Assembly (NCBI GenBank): GCA_964471165.1
Contig: CAYYEX010000002.1
Location: forward strand, 124,965-188,964
DNA length: 64,000 nt
Source: an uncultured Candidatus Saccharibacteria bacterium
Lineage (GTDB): Bacteria > Patescibacteriota > Minisyncoccia > Phycocordibacterales > UBA2100
Reading direction: 5' to 3'
Under the pieces are notes generated by a model. It was given only the letters and a program-made list of their open reading frames with translations. It was not told the DNA's origin and ran no database searches. Shown piece by piece: positions 18,229-26,950 of the stretch (position 1 is its first letter; each line of letters opens with the position of its first letter). Both the position numbers and the translations under genes were made by a program.

Positions 18229-18551
18229 AAAATCAAACGCAGGATTCGCTCAAACAACTGTACGAAGCGCGGCACGAGCCAGAAAATCTCCGACCGCTCG
18301 CAGAATTATATTGGCGTGGTCTATTGCTACTCACACTCGCGGCAGCGGGCGGTGTTATAGCGTTTGGCATTTGGGAGTTTTCAGTGGTTATGAAAACGAT
18401 GTCTGCCACATCGGCAGACGCTGGGGCACAACAAGCCGCTGCAATCGATAAGACGCAGCTTGAAAACACGCTCATGAAGTTTTCTGAGCGTAAAGCAAAC
18501 TTTGAGCTCAGTAAAAGTATGGGCCCAGCACTCGCCGACCCGAGCAAGTAA
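18225..18551 (+). CDS. hypothetical membrane protein (possible PilP-like pilus module component)
   Basis: start ATGA overlap with upstream stop; single TM LLLLTLAAAGGVIAFGIWEF. Confidence 0.4.
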   Translation: MKNQTQDSLKQLYEARHEPENLRPLAELYWRGLLLLTLAAAGGVIAFGIWEFSVVMKTMSATSADAGAQQAAAIDKTQLENTLMKFSERKANFELSKSMGPALADPSK

Positions 18552-18578
18552 TGGGTTAGAACGAGGTGTTATAATCTT

Positions 18579-18896
18579 TTGATGGGATATAAGAATCGTG
18601 AGGATTTATATGCCGCACAAAAACGTCACCGTGTTCGAGTGCGTGCAGAGCTACTCGAGTATCTTTCAAAGAAGAGATGTATAGATTGTGGTGAGAACGA
18701 TCCTGTTGTTCTGGATTTCGATCATATTGATAGAAAAACAAAAAGTAAGGGTATTGCGAGAATGTTGTCGGGGCATTACGCTTGGGCGACCCTCTTACTA
18801 GAAATAGAAAAATGTGAGATAAGATGCGCTAATTGCCATAGACGAAAGACCTATGTGCAGTTCGGGTCTTGGGGGAGAACAAAGACGTCCCTGTAG
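18579..18896 (+). CDS. HNH endonuclease
   Basis: CIDCGENDPVVLDFDHIDRKTK ... CANCHRRKT zinc-finger/HNH motif; 3' end overlaps tRNA-Arg by 10 nt. Confidence 0.8.
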   Translation: MMGYKNREDLYAAQKRHRVRVRAELLEYLSKKRCIDCGENDPVVLDFDHIDRKTKSKGIARMLSGHYAWATLLLEIEKCEIRCANCHRRKTYVQFGSWGRTKTSL

Positions 18897-18958
18897 TTTA
18901 ATGGATAAAACTCCGGACTTCTAAGCCGGCTATGTAGGTTCGATTCCTACCGGGGACA
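18887..18958 (+). tRNA. tRNA-Arg (anticodon TCT)
   Basis: acceptor GTCCCTG/CGGGGAC, D-arm GTTT-AATGGATA-AAAC, anticodon loop CTTCTAA, T-arm GTAGG-TTCGATT-CCTAC. Confidence 0.8.
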
Positions 18959-18974
18959 CACGTACACTACACAT

Positions 18975-19538
18975 ATGGACGCGGTCTTCAATCCGACAAT
19001 GAAGGGGAGGAAAATCGCCTCAGGCGGCGATAGGAATGTTTATGTGTATGGCCCCGACCACGTGGTCAAGATTTCCTCATTGTCATCCTTTCTCGGTAAA
19101 AAGTTGCATGCAAAGTTGGTGCGGGACCACGCGATATGTAAAAAGTATTTTACGGATTTTGTCGTAGAAACAGTCGACGTTACTCCCGTCTCCGGGGTGC
19201 CACATACCGAAATACAACCGTATATTCAGGGAGAGATGTTGCGTCGGGAGCATCTCCGCAACCCTACGATACGTGCGCAATTCGATAAGGTAGTCGGGGC
19301 AATGATGCAGATGAAAGAAGATGGGTGCCCGCAGATTGATTTGATAGGGAACGGCGGGGTGTTTAAACAGCGACTGAGCAACATAATTATCGATACCAAC
19401 AACGCTCTACACATCATCGATACGACATTGTACGAGGCAAAGTCAGTCGGTCCATTTGGTAGAGTCCTGGAAATACTGATTCCGCTTGCCACAATGCGGC
19501 AAAAGTATCTTTTGTGGAAGTTTTCTAAACAGAATTAG
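18975..19538 (+). CDS. minimal atypical protein-kinase-like protein (Bud32/KdoK/RIO-like)
   Basis: Gly-rich loop IASGGDRNVYVY, VVKI lysine, catalytic-loop-like IDLIGNGGV and IIDT..E metal-binding segment; 187 aa. Confidence 0.45.
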   Translation: MDAVFNPTMKGRKIASGGDRNVYVYGPDHVVKISSLSSFLGKKLHAKLVRDHAICKKYFTDFVVETVDVTPVSGVPHTEIQPYIQGEMLRREHLRNPTIRAQFDKVVGAMMQMKEDGCPQIDLIGNGGVFKQRLSNIIIDTNNALHIIDTTLYEAKSVGPFGRVLEILIPLATMRQKYLLWKFSKQN

Positions 19539-19591
19539 GCCGTCAAACACTAAACCCCGAATGCGATGCATTCGGGGCAAGTGTTTTCGAG

Positions 19592-19664
19592 TGGGCGATA
19601 CAGGACTCGAACCTGTGACCTTCGCTGTGTAAAAGCGTTGCTCTACCAACTGAGCTAATCGCCC
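19592..19664 (-). tRNA. tRNA-Val (anticodon TAC)
   Basis: rc reads GGGCGAT-TA-GCTC-AGTTGGTA-GAGC-A-ACGCT-TTTACAC-AGCGA-AGGTC-ACAGG-TTCGAGT-CCTGT-ATCGCCC-A. Confidence 0.85.
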
Positions 19665-19723
19665 GTGACCTTATGACGCTAGCCCGGACTACGATACCTC
19701 AACGCAAACAAAGGCATCGTCCC

Positions 19724-19740
19724 CTGGAGCTAATCGCCCG
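19724..19740. repeat. partial duplicate of the tRNA-Val 5' region (ctgGagctaatcgcccg vs ctgagctaatcgcccg at 19650-19665)
   Basis: 14 identical nt gagctaatcgcccg 60 bp beyond the tRNA 5' end. Confidence 0.6.
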
Positions 19741-19843
19741 AGAGGCCTATACTAGCGCACTTTTGGGAGAGAGCCAGCTTTTCGGGGCTGCGGGGTTGGC
19801 AATTTGCCCCTGGCGATGACTCATGTTACAGTGCCGCGACGTT

Positions 19844-20293
19844 ATGGCGTTCACAATTTCACCGGTAGACGTGCAAGCACGCAAGACTTTGGACCTCCGT
19901 TCAGGAGACACTGTTCGTGTGCACCAGAAAATCGAAGAAAAGGGTAAGACCCGCATCCAGACATTCGAGGGGCTTGTTCTTGCTCGCAAGCACGGCACCG
20001 AGGCAGGGGGCACCTTTACTGTGCGTCGCGTTTCGAGTGGTGTAGGCGTGGAGAAGATTTTTCCCCTCTACTCACCAATGATTGATAAGATTGAAATTGT
20101 GAAGCGCGCAACCATGCGCCGAGCAAAGCTCTACTTCATCCGTGAAAAGGTTGCCCGTGAGGCACGCCGCATGCTTCGCCGCACTGTACTCGTGAGTAAG
20201 TCTGCAGCACCGGTTGTTGCAGGTATCGAGGAAGAGCCGATTGAAGTGGCTACACCGACTCCAGAAGAGGCAAAGGCAGTCGAGCAAGCATAA
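19844..20293 (+). CDS. rplS: 50S ribosomal protein L19 (with C-terminal extension)
   Basis: [31 protein letters not shown]...[31 protein letters not shown]. Confidence 0.85.
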   Translation: MAFTISPVDVQARKTLDLRSGDTVRVHQKIEEKGKTRIQTFEGLVLARKHGTEAGGTFTVRRVSSGVGVEKIFPLYSPMIDKIEIVKRATMRRAKLYFIREKVAREARRMLRRTVLVSKSAAPVVAGIEEEPIEVATPTPEEAKAVEQA

Positions 20294-20302
20294 AATTAAA
20301 CT

Positions 20303-20339
20303 CAAAACAAAAACACCCCTCTCGGGGTGTTTTTGTTTA
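20303..20339. terminator. bidirectional intrinsic terminator
   Basis: A-tract, hairpin ACACCCC-TCTC-GGGGTGT, TTTTGTTT. Confidence 0.8.
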
Positions 20340-20341
20340 TG

Positions 20342-20839
20342 CTACTCAGTGTGCTCTTTCAATTCCTCGATTTCCTTCTTGAGTTCTGTCATTTTGAGTT
20401 CTCTATTAGTCATTGCATGCATAAGCTTTTCAAGTTCTGTAATTTTTGCCCTCAAATCATTTTCCAGTTCTTTATACTTCGTCACGTCGGTGCTTATACA
20501 GAGGAGTACTCGTTTTTGATTAACTACAGACGGGGACATGCGACACAAGTAGGTAGCAGTTGTTTGATTCGGCCCAGGTCCCGCTATCTCATACGTGACC
20601 ATTTTGTTCGTTGCAAGACACTCCCGTAAGGATGCTTTTACGGTTTCAACCGACTCAGGTGTCACAAAGGAATACACTGACGCACCAATGACGTCTTCCT
20701 CCTTTAAACCGGCGACAATCCGACTGGCGTACAAAAAGGTTCCGTTCTCGTCAATCATTGAAATGAGTTCAGGTGTTGAACTCAAGATTTGCCTGAGAAT
20801 TTCGGGCGACTCTCCAGGTTGCCCAAGAGAATTGTTCAT
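20342..20839 (-). CDS. PAS-domain protein with C-terminal coiled coil
   Basis: ILRQILSSTPELISMIDENGTFLYASR PAS core; ELENDLRAKITELEKLMHAMTNRELKMTELKKEIEELKEH heptads. Confidence 0.6.
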   Translation of the reverse strand: MNNSLGQPGESPEILRQILSSTPELISMIDENGTFLYASRIVAGLKEEDVIGASVYSFVTPESVETVKASLRECLATNKMVTYEIAGPGPNQTTATYLCRMSPSVVNQKRVLLCISTDVTKYKELENDLRAKITELEKLMHAMTNRELKMTELKKEIEELKEHTE

Positions 20840-20867
20840 ACTTTATATTCTATCACGGGGCTCCCGA

Positions 20868-21129
20868 ACGGAGAGGATTAGGCCAAACGCTAAATACAAA
20901 AAGCCGGAGTGTATTCCGGCTTTTTGTATTCTGTGCGCAGGAGAGGACTCGGCCAAGCGCTCGAAAAATTCTCGTCAGAACTTTTCTCCGCTCGGCCCTG
21001 CTCAGGCATCCCCGTCTACTGACGGGTCCCCAGCCTTCACTTTCTCGCCCTCTCGCTGCTGCCGCAAATGAAAAGACCGGGATATATCCCGGTCTTTTCA
21101 TTTGAGTGCGCAGGAGAGGACTCGAACCT
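20868..21129. repeat. tandem duplication of [terminator hairpin + tRNA-Leu 3' end]: 19-nt gtgcgcaggagaggactcg at 20933-20951 and 21106-21124, degenerate third copy at 20868-20886
   Basis: exact 19-nt repeat; hairpins aaaaagccggagtgtattccggcttttt (20896-20927) and aaaagaccgggatatatcccggtctttt (21071-21100). Confidence 0.7.
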
Positions 21130-21191
21130 CCATGCCCTTAACGGGCGCTACCACCTCAAGGTAGTACGTCTACCAATTTCGCCACCTGCGC
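21107..21191 (-). tRNA. tRNA-Leu (anticodon GAG)
   Basis: rc reads GCGCAGG-TG-GCG-AAATTGGTAGACG-T-ACTACC? with anticodon stem-loop CTACC-TTGAGGT-GGTAG, long variable arm, T-arm GGAGG-TTCGAGT-CCTCT, acceptor GCGCAGG/CCTGCGC. Confidence 0.8.
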
Positions 21192-21514
21192 GTCCGGGCC
21201 ATTCTAGCAGAGCGTAAAAAAATGGCGAGCGATGGCGCATTTTGCTTGACCCCCACTATCTCAGCGTGTATACGAAAGACTGGCGAAACAAAATGGGTTG
21301 TGTCGAATGATAGTCATCAGCGTAATGAGTGGAATTGCGTTATACCTGCTCGTCCGGCGCTTTGTCGTCGATTCGTATCGCAAAATCGCTGCGGTATGCA
21401 GCTTCTGCACCGGCGCAGGTATTGAGATGTGGTTCACACAAGACTTCTTTTCGGTTATCGTCATAAAGCTCGTTCACTAGGTCCCGCTCCGCATTCTCTG
21501 CGGACGGGGCCGTC

Positions 21515-22636
21515 GTGTTTGCTATCATTTCACTCATGATTCGGCGATACCTCCCAAAGAGCACGTCAGAGCTCATTCACTGGTACGAACGATATATTTC
21601 GCCGCTGGCGCTCGTATTAGGATTTCTGCTCGATAATTATGTGTTGCTCGACCGTGTCGACGTTATTTTTGGCAATATCCTCCTCCTCACATACCTGTTG
21701 CTCGCAGGCACCGCGATTGTTCTCTTGAATCTGATTGAATCAGGGCGCACTCAGAATCGTATTGCTTTGCGGATTGTGCCATTTTTGCCGGTTGTGATTC
21801 AGCTCTTTTTCGGCGCGCTGTTTAGTGGGTACCTGAGTCTCTACAGCAGAAGTGCCGGTGTAGCTGTTTCGTGGGTATTTGTGCTTGTGCTCGCATTCCT
21901 GCTTGTCGGTAACGAACGGTTTCGGCATCTATACCAGCGGTTACCGTTCCAACTCTCTATCTACTTTGTTTCGCTCTATTCGTTCCTCATCTTTTTCCTT
22001 CCACTCATTTTCAAGACAATCGGGACATTCATGTTTCTGCTCTCGGGGCTGGTGAGTATTGGCATTATTGCGCTCGTAATGCTCCTGTTGCGCCACCTCA
22101 TCTTTGAGCGCTACATGGAAACAAGACAAACGAGCATCCGCTCGCTCGTGGCCCTCGTGATTATGTTTAATGTGCTCTACTTCTCGAACCTAATTCCACC
22201 GCTTCCGCTGGCTCTCAAGGAAGGTGGCGTGTACCACAGTGTCCAGCGTGTCGAGAACTCGTACATGTTACTCGGAGAAAAAAAATCTCTCGCCGTGCGC
22301 TATCTCGGTACACCGGCGGTATTCCATATTGCTCCCGGAGGAAAAGCGTACGTGTTTGCGGCGGTATTTGCACCATCAGGCCTCACGACCGAGCTGCGGC
22401 ACCAGTGGCAGCGTTACAATGATTCTACAAATACATGGGAAACGCAGAGTGATGTGCAGTTTACGATTCATGGCGGGCGTGATGGCGGGTTCCGAGGTTA
22501 CTCCGAGAAACAAAATCCAGCCGAAGGGTCGTGGCGTGTGAATGTGCTTACTGAGCAAGGTCAGATTATAGGGCGCATCCGTCTGACTATTGTGCGAACT
22601 GTTGAGGCGCCGAATTTCGTTGAAGAAACGCGATAA
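21515..22636 (+). CDS. hypothetical polytopic membrane protein with C-terminal extracytoplasmic domain
   Basis: ~8 TM helices in first 230 aa, soluble C-terminal 140 aa; no motif. Confidence 0.55.
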   Translation: MFAIISLMIRRYLPKSTSELIHWYERYISPLALVLGFLLDNYVLLDRVDVIFGNILLLTYLLLAGTAIVLLNLIESGRTQNRIALRIVPFLPVVIQLFFGALFSGYLSLYSRSAGVAVSWVFVLVLAFLLVGNERFRHLYQRLPFQLSIYFVSLYSFLIFFLPLIFKTIGTFMFLLSGLVSIGIIALVMLLLRHLIFERYMETRQTSIRSLVALVIMFNVLYFSNLIPPLPLALKEGGVYHSVQRVENSYMLLGEKKSLAVRYLGTPAVFHIAPGGKAYVFAAVFAPSGLTTELRHQWQRYNDSTNTWETQSDVQFTIHGGRDGGFRGYSEKQNPAEGSWRVNVLTEQGQIIGRIRLTIVRTVEAPNFVEETR

Positions 22637-22694
22637 TTTTCTTCGCGCTCTCGCGTAGCGGGCGCGATTCTGCTATAACTCGTATGTTCAGTGA

Positions 22695-22767
22695 TGGCGA
22701 CTATGGTGTAACGGTTAACACTGGAGCTTGTGGAGCTCTCGATTCGGGTTCGATTCCCGATAGCCGC
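22695..22767 (+). tRNA. tRNA-His (anticodon GTG) with genomically encoded G-1
   Basis: G-1 then GCGACTA acceptor (one A:C mismatch with TAGCCGC), D-arm GTGT-AACGGTTA-ACAC, anticodon stem GGAGC/GCTCT loop TTGTGGA, T-arm TCGGG-TTCGATT-CCCGA, discriminator C. Confidence 0.65.
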
Positions 22768-22809
22768 CCAATGAGGTTTTATCAAAGAGCCGAACCCGCG
22801 CCGCCCAAC

Positions 22810-23244
22810 ATGAAAAAGGGGATTGATTTTATAGGCGTCACCGTGTCGTACCTGTGTTTTGATCGCGACGGACGAATCCTGCTCGGGAAGCGCAGCAAAA
22901 ATGCTCGCGACGAACACGGTCGGTGGGACAACGGCGGTGGGGGACAGGAATTTGGCGATTCCATAGAAACAACCTTATTTAAGGAGCTCAAGGAAGAATA
23001 TTGCGTCGATCCGCTCGGGTACGAGTTTCTCGGTGTGCACGACGTTTTCCGTGAACACAACGGCATCCCGACGCATTGGGTCTGTGTCATTTATAAAGTC
23101 CTCGTCGACCCAGCGCAGGTACAGAACGGGGAACCGCACAAAATGGACGAGATAGCCTGGTTCACGCTCGATAACTTGCCCGAGCCGTTGCATTCTGACC
23201 TGCCGAATACCCTCGAGCGCTATAAGGCACATCTGCCCGGCTGA
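22810..23244 (+). CDS. NUDIX hydrolase
   Basis: Nudix box GGGGQEFGDSIETTLFKELKEEYC (GX5EX7REUXEEXGU). Confidence 0.85.
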   Translation: MKKGIDFIGVTVSYLCFDRDGRILLGKRSKNARDEHGRWDNGGGGQEFGDSIETTLFKELKEEYCVDPLGYEFLGVHDVFREHNGIPTHWVCVIYKVLVDPAQVQNGEPHKMDEIAWFTLDNLPEPLHSDLPNTLERYKAHLPG

Positions 23245-23256
23245 TATACTCGTCGT

Positions 23257-23457
23257 ATGGACCCTGAACTCAAGAGTCGCCTCGATGCACTCGAAAAAAA
23301 GCTTGAACTCACCTACATTTCTGCCGAAAAAACTCGGAAATACTTCCTCGTAATCATGATTATCTCGGTAGTTTTGTTCGTATTACCCCTTGTCGGACTT
23401 CTGTTCGCTGTTCCCACGTTCATGTCCACCTACGGTGACATGATGATGACGCTGTAA
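23257..23457 (+). CDS. small hypothetical membrane protein (66 aa)
   Basis: single TM YFLVIMIISVVLFVLPLVGLLFAV; short ORF, weak support. Confidence 0.3.
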   Translation: MDPELKSRLDALEKKLELTYISAEKTRKYFLVIMIISVVLFVLPLVGLLFAVPTFMSTYGDMMMTL

Positions 23458-23521
23458 GTACAGCGTAGGTGCTGCGTCAGATGTTATTATGTGCACACAT
23501 TAATCATCATTTCACTTTTTC

Positions 23522-24340
23522 ATGACTCCAACAGAGCAGGATATCGTTCGAACAAATTACTGGATGAAAATTGCAGGAGCGCTTGCGCTCGGTCTTTTGG
23601 CCGTATTCCTGTTTGTTGCTTCTGTGTATGGGCTCAAGAGTCTTCGCTACATCGGTAGTGGAGTTTCCGCGAGCAATACCATCAGCGTTTCAGGTGAGGG
23701 TGAAGTTTTTGCCGTGCCAGATACCGCTACCTTTAGCGTGACGATTCAGGAGAAGGGTAAGGACGTTGCAGCAGCACAGACTGTTGCCACCAAGAAAAAC
23801 AACGATATCGTGGCCTACCTCAAAGAGGCAGGTGTTGATGAGAAAGATATTCAAACCGCCGACTACAACGTAAATCCGCAATACGAATACAGTAATGGTA
23901 TGTGCACGAGCGGATACTGCCAACCAGGCAAACAAACACTCGTTGGATTCGAAGTCACGCAGACGCTGACCGTAAAGGTAAAAGACACCGACAAAGCGGG
24001 TGACTTGCTCTCGGGTGTTGGCTCACGTGGAGCCTCCTCGGTCTCAGGTCTCTCATTCACTATCGACGATCAGGACAAGCTCGAAGCGGATGCTCGCGAC
24101 AAAGCGATTGCGGACGCGAAGGCAAAGGGAGAGAAGCTCGCAGCATCGCTTGGGGTTTCGATTGTGCGCGTTGTTGGATTTAGCGAAAATAGTTACCAGC
24201 CATACGCATACGGTCGCGGTGGCGTGACAATGGATGCTGTGGCTATGAACGAATCAAAAGCAACACCACCTTCACCAGAACTTCCTGTAGGACAGAATAA
24301 GATTACTTCCAACGTGAATATTACGTACGAAATCCGATAA
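23522..24340 (+). CDS. SIMPL/DUF541-family periplasmic protein
   Basis: N-terminal TM anchor then ISVSGEGEVFAVPDTATFSVTIQEKGKDVAAAQ...ADYNVNPQYEY typical of SIMPL. Confidence 0.7.
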   Translation: MTPTEQDIVRTNYWMKIAGALALGLLAVFLFVASVYGLKSLRYIGSGVSASNTISVSGEGEVFAVPDTATFSVTIQEKGKDVAAAQTVATKKNNDIVAYLKEAGVDEKDIQTADYNVNPQYEYSNGMCTSGYCQPGKQTLVGFEVTQTLTVKVKDTDKAGDLLSGVGSRGASSVSGLSFTIDDQDKLEADARDKAIADAKAKGEKLAASLGVSIVRVVGFSENSYQPYAYGRGGVTMDAVAMNESKATPPSPELPVGQNKITSNVNITYEIR

Positions 24341-24344
24341 TTAT

Positions 24345-24635
24345 ATGGGAACCGTTGAACGAAAGCGCGCAGCGCACGCTGCTCGACTATTAAAGCTTGC
24401 AGCAAGCTCCACACGAGCCGCAATTCTCTTCGTGCTCGCAAAACACAAACAACTCGCCGTACAAGACATCGCAAAAGAGCTCGGCATGACACATTCGGCC
24501 GTGAGTCACCAGCTCGCGGTTTTGTCCGGAGCAGACATCGTTACCTCGAAGAAATCCGGACGCATGATGTGCTACGCAGTTTCCAGCAATGCGCAGGCGC
24601 GTGCGCTCGTAAAGTTTCTCACCAGCGTTAAATAA
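24345..24635 (+). CDS. ArsR/SmtB-family transcriptional regulator
   Basis: wHTH ILFVLAKHKQLAVQDIAKELGMTHSAVSHQLAVL. Confidence 0.75.
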   Translation: MGTVERKRAAHAARLLKLAASSTRAAILFVLAKHKQLAVQDIAKELGMTHSAVSHQLAVLSGADIVTSKKSGRMMCYAVSSNAQARALVKFLTSVK

Positions 24636-24717
24636 ACCAGGCATCAACTCCTTACGAGACGAGTTTTCCTCGCTTTCGTAAGGGGTTGACTGGAGGCGCG
24701 CGTCAGGTACTATGTGC

Positions 24718-24748
24718 AACAAGCCCCGGAAGGGGTTTTAAAAATGTC
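24718..24748 (+). terminator. intrinsic terminator after arsR-like gene
   Basis: hairpin GCCCC-GGAA-GGGGT followed by TTTTAAAAA. Confidence 0.6.
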
Positions 24749-24786
24749 TAATTTTTAAGCCATTCTTTAGCCTAATTAATTGCCGT

Positions 24787-25080
24787 ATGTCAGTACTCAG
24801 CTACTTCAAGGAAACCCAGGCAGAACTTCGCCACGTGGCATGGCCAACGCGATTCCAGACCATCGTCTACACGGTGCTCGTTTTCGCTATCTCAATCTTT
24901 ATCTCGATTTATCTTGGCTTGTTCGACTACATCTTCACGACGACCCTTGCGCGACTTGCCGGTGTGCAGCGTGCAGCTCCGATAGAACAGGTTGCCTCCA
25001 CCAATGCCACATCGACCGCAACTACGACCGTAGATTTCACCCTCCCTGGTAGTGGTCAGAGTGAAACTGAGGCTCAGTAA
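24787..25080 (+). CDS. secE: preprotein translocase subunit SecE
   Basis: ETQAELRHVAWPTRFQTIVYTVLVFAISIFISIYLGLFDYIF; located immediately upstream of nusG. Confidence 0.8.
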   Translation: MSVLSYFKETQAELRHVAWPTRFQTIVYTVLVFAISIFISIYLGLFDYIFTTTLARLAGVQRAAPIEQVASTNATSTATTTVDFTLPGSGQSETEAQ

Positions 25081-25104
25081 TATTTATTCGTAATACCTTT
25101 CATC

Positions 25105-25650
25105 ATGGCAAAACAAACATACGGAACGGAGCGCCAGTGGTACGCGGTTCACACCTACTCGGGGTATGAAGATGCGGTCGCACGTAACCTCCGCCAGCGT
25201 GTCGAGTCGTTCGGCATGGCAGACAGAATTTTCAACGTCGTTGTACCGACCGAGAAAAAGATAAAAATTAAGAACGGACGCCGAACCGAGACCAAGGAGA
25301 AAATCTTCCCTGGCTACGTGCTCGTAGACATGGTTGCGACCGACGACGCATGGAGTGTTGTGCGCAACACACCACAAGTAACCGGATTCGTGGGAACCGC
25401 CAACCAGGCAGTTCCGCTCGAACCAGCCGAAGTCGAAAAAATCCTGAAACGAACAGATGGAGATATGGTCCGCCACGCGATTGACCTTGGTGAGGGCGAC
25501 GCGGTAGTTATCATTGACGGTCCGTTCAAGGATTTAGAAGGGAAGGTGGGTGAGATTGACGAAGAGCGCGGAAAGGTTAAGGTATTAGTTCCTATGTTCG
25601 GTCGAGAGACTCCGGTGGAGCTCGAAGCGGACCAGGTTCAGCGAGTCTAA
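25105..25650 (+). CDS. nusG: transcription termination/antitermination factor NusG
   Basis: QWYAVHTYSGYEDAVARNL NGN domain, KOW GDAVVIIDGPFKDLEGKVGEID. Confidence 0.9.
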   Translation: MAKQTYGTERQWYAVHTYSGYEDAVARNLRQRVESFGMADRIFNVVVPTEKKIKIKNGRRTETKEKIFPGYVLVDMVATDDAWSVVRNTPQVTGFVGTANQAVPLEPAEVEKILKRTDGDMVRHAIDLGEGDAVVIIDGPFKDLEGKVGEIDEERGKVKVLVPMFGRETPVELEADQVQRV

Positions 25651-25659
25651 ATAACAAAT

Positions 25660-26088
25660 ATGGCAAAAGAAATAACAAAAATCATTAAATTGCAGATTGC
25701 AGCAGGTGCTGCGACTCCTGCTCCACCAGTTGGTACCGCGCTTGGTCCTGCCGGCGTAAACATTGGTGAGTTCGTAAACCAGTTCAACAACCAGACTCGT
25801 GCCCTCGCTGGGTCAATCCTCCCGGTTGTCATGAACGTATACAAGGACCGAACGTTTACATTCATCATCAAGAAGCCGCCGGCCTCGCGCCTCGTACTCA
25901 AGGCAATCGGTAAGGAAAAGGGAAGCGACAAGCCCCACTCAACCAAAATCGCGAAGCTCTCTCAGAAGCAGCTCGAGGAAATTGCCACCGAAAAGATGGA
26001 AGACCTCAATGCGCTCGACATGGCACACGCAAAGAAGATTATCGCCGGGACCGCACGCTCTATGGGCGTCGACGTCGACACAAAATAA
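25660..26088 (+). CDS. rplK: 50S ribosomal protein L11
   Basis: [38 protein letters not shown]. Confidence 0.9.
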   Translation: MAKEITKIIKLQIAAGAATPAPPVGTALGPAGVNIGEFVNQFNNQTRALAGSILPVVMNVYKDRTFTFIIKKPPASRLVLKAIGKEKGSDKPHSTKIAKLSQKQLEEIATEKMEDLNALDMAHAKKIIAGTARSMGVDVDTK

Positions 26089-26099
26089 TTCGAACCTCT

Positions 26100-26140
26100 C
26101 CAACAACAACCCCTCACACGAGGGGTCGTTGTTTTTTACA
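26100..26140 (+). terminator. intrinsic terminator after rplK
   Basis: hairpin AACAACAACCCCTC-ACAC-GAGGGGTCGTTGTT + TTTTTT. Confidence 0.75.
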
Positions 26141-26282
26141 CGGGTAGCCGAATCCAAGAGTCGTCCTTGGAAACTGATGGCTCATTATTGTGAGCTCTTG
26201 TTTACTCCTGTAATCTATCCAATTGGATGATTTACAGGAGTTCTGTGCAGAGTAATAACCAATTGCAATTTCATTCATAAAT

Positions 26283-26936
26283 GTGAATACTGGCCCCATG
26301 CGAACCAATACCCTTATCGTGTTCGAGGGCATCGACGGCTCCGGCAAGGCTACGCAGGCAAAAAAGCTGGTAGACCGATTGAAAAAGCAGGGCCACCAGG
26401 TAACTGCCACGCATTCGCCCCGCTACGAAAAACCGATTGGGAAGTTGGTGCTCGACGCCCTTCATGGAAAGCATGGCGACTTTCGCAATCTCTCACCCTA
26501 CTTTTCTGGTCTTCCATACTTGCTGGATTTTGCGACCATGAAAGATTCACTCCTCTCTGCACTTAAAATCGGCATGGTGGTAGCCGATCGATATGTGCCC
26601 TCCACGCTCGCATTCCACGGCGCCAAGCTCGAGGGTCCGGCGCGCAATGCATATATAAAGTTCGTACAGGAGCTTATGTACGAAGAGGCGGGGCTTCCAA
26701 AACCGCACCTCATTATTTATTTGAAAATGACAGAGAAGTTGGCAAAGGAGCATCTCGATGATTCCGGTAAACCGCTCGACCAGCACGAGCGCGACACCGA
26801 CTACCAGAGAAAAGTCGCCGAGGTATACGGAAAATTGGCACGCGATAAAAAGGTATGGCGCACGGTGGAGTGCAAAGAGGGGGAGTCGCCAAACGAAATC
26901 CATGAGCGTGTCTGGAACACTATTTCAGCAAGCTAG
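26283..26936 (+). CDS. tmk: thymidylate (dTMP) kinase
   Basis: P-loop LIVFEGIDGSGKATQAKKL, DRY-like DRYVPSTLAF, lid region. Confidence 0.85.
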   Translation: MNTGPMRTNTLIVFEGIDGSGKATQAKKLVDRLKKQGHQVTATHSPRYEKPIGKLVLDALHGKHGDFRNLSPYFSGLPYLLDFATMKDSLLSALKIGMVVADRYVPSTLAFHGAKLEGPARNAYIKFVQELMYEEAGLPKPHLIIYLKMTEKLAKEHLDDSGKPLDQHERDTDYQRKVAEVYGKLARDKKVWRTVECKEGESPNEIHERVWNTISAS

Positions 26937-26950
26937 GTTACAATCCGTCC

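Noticed and set aside
20933-21124. tRNA-Leu 3'-end repeats as boundaries of an integrated mobile element
   Set aside because: Only 173 bp separate the repeats and there is no coding cargo, so it is at most a remnant.
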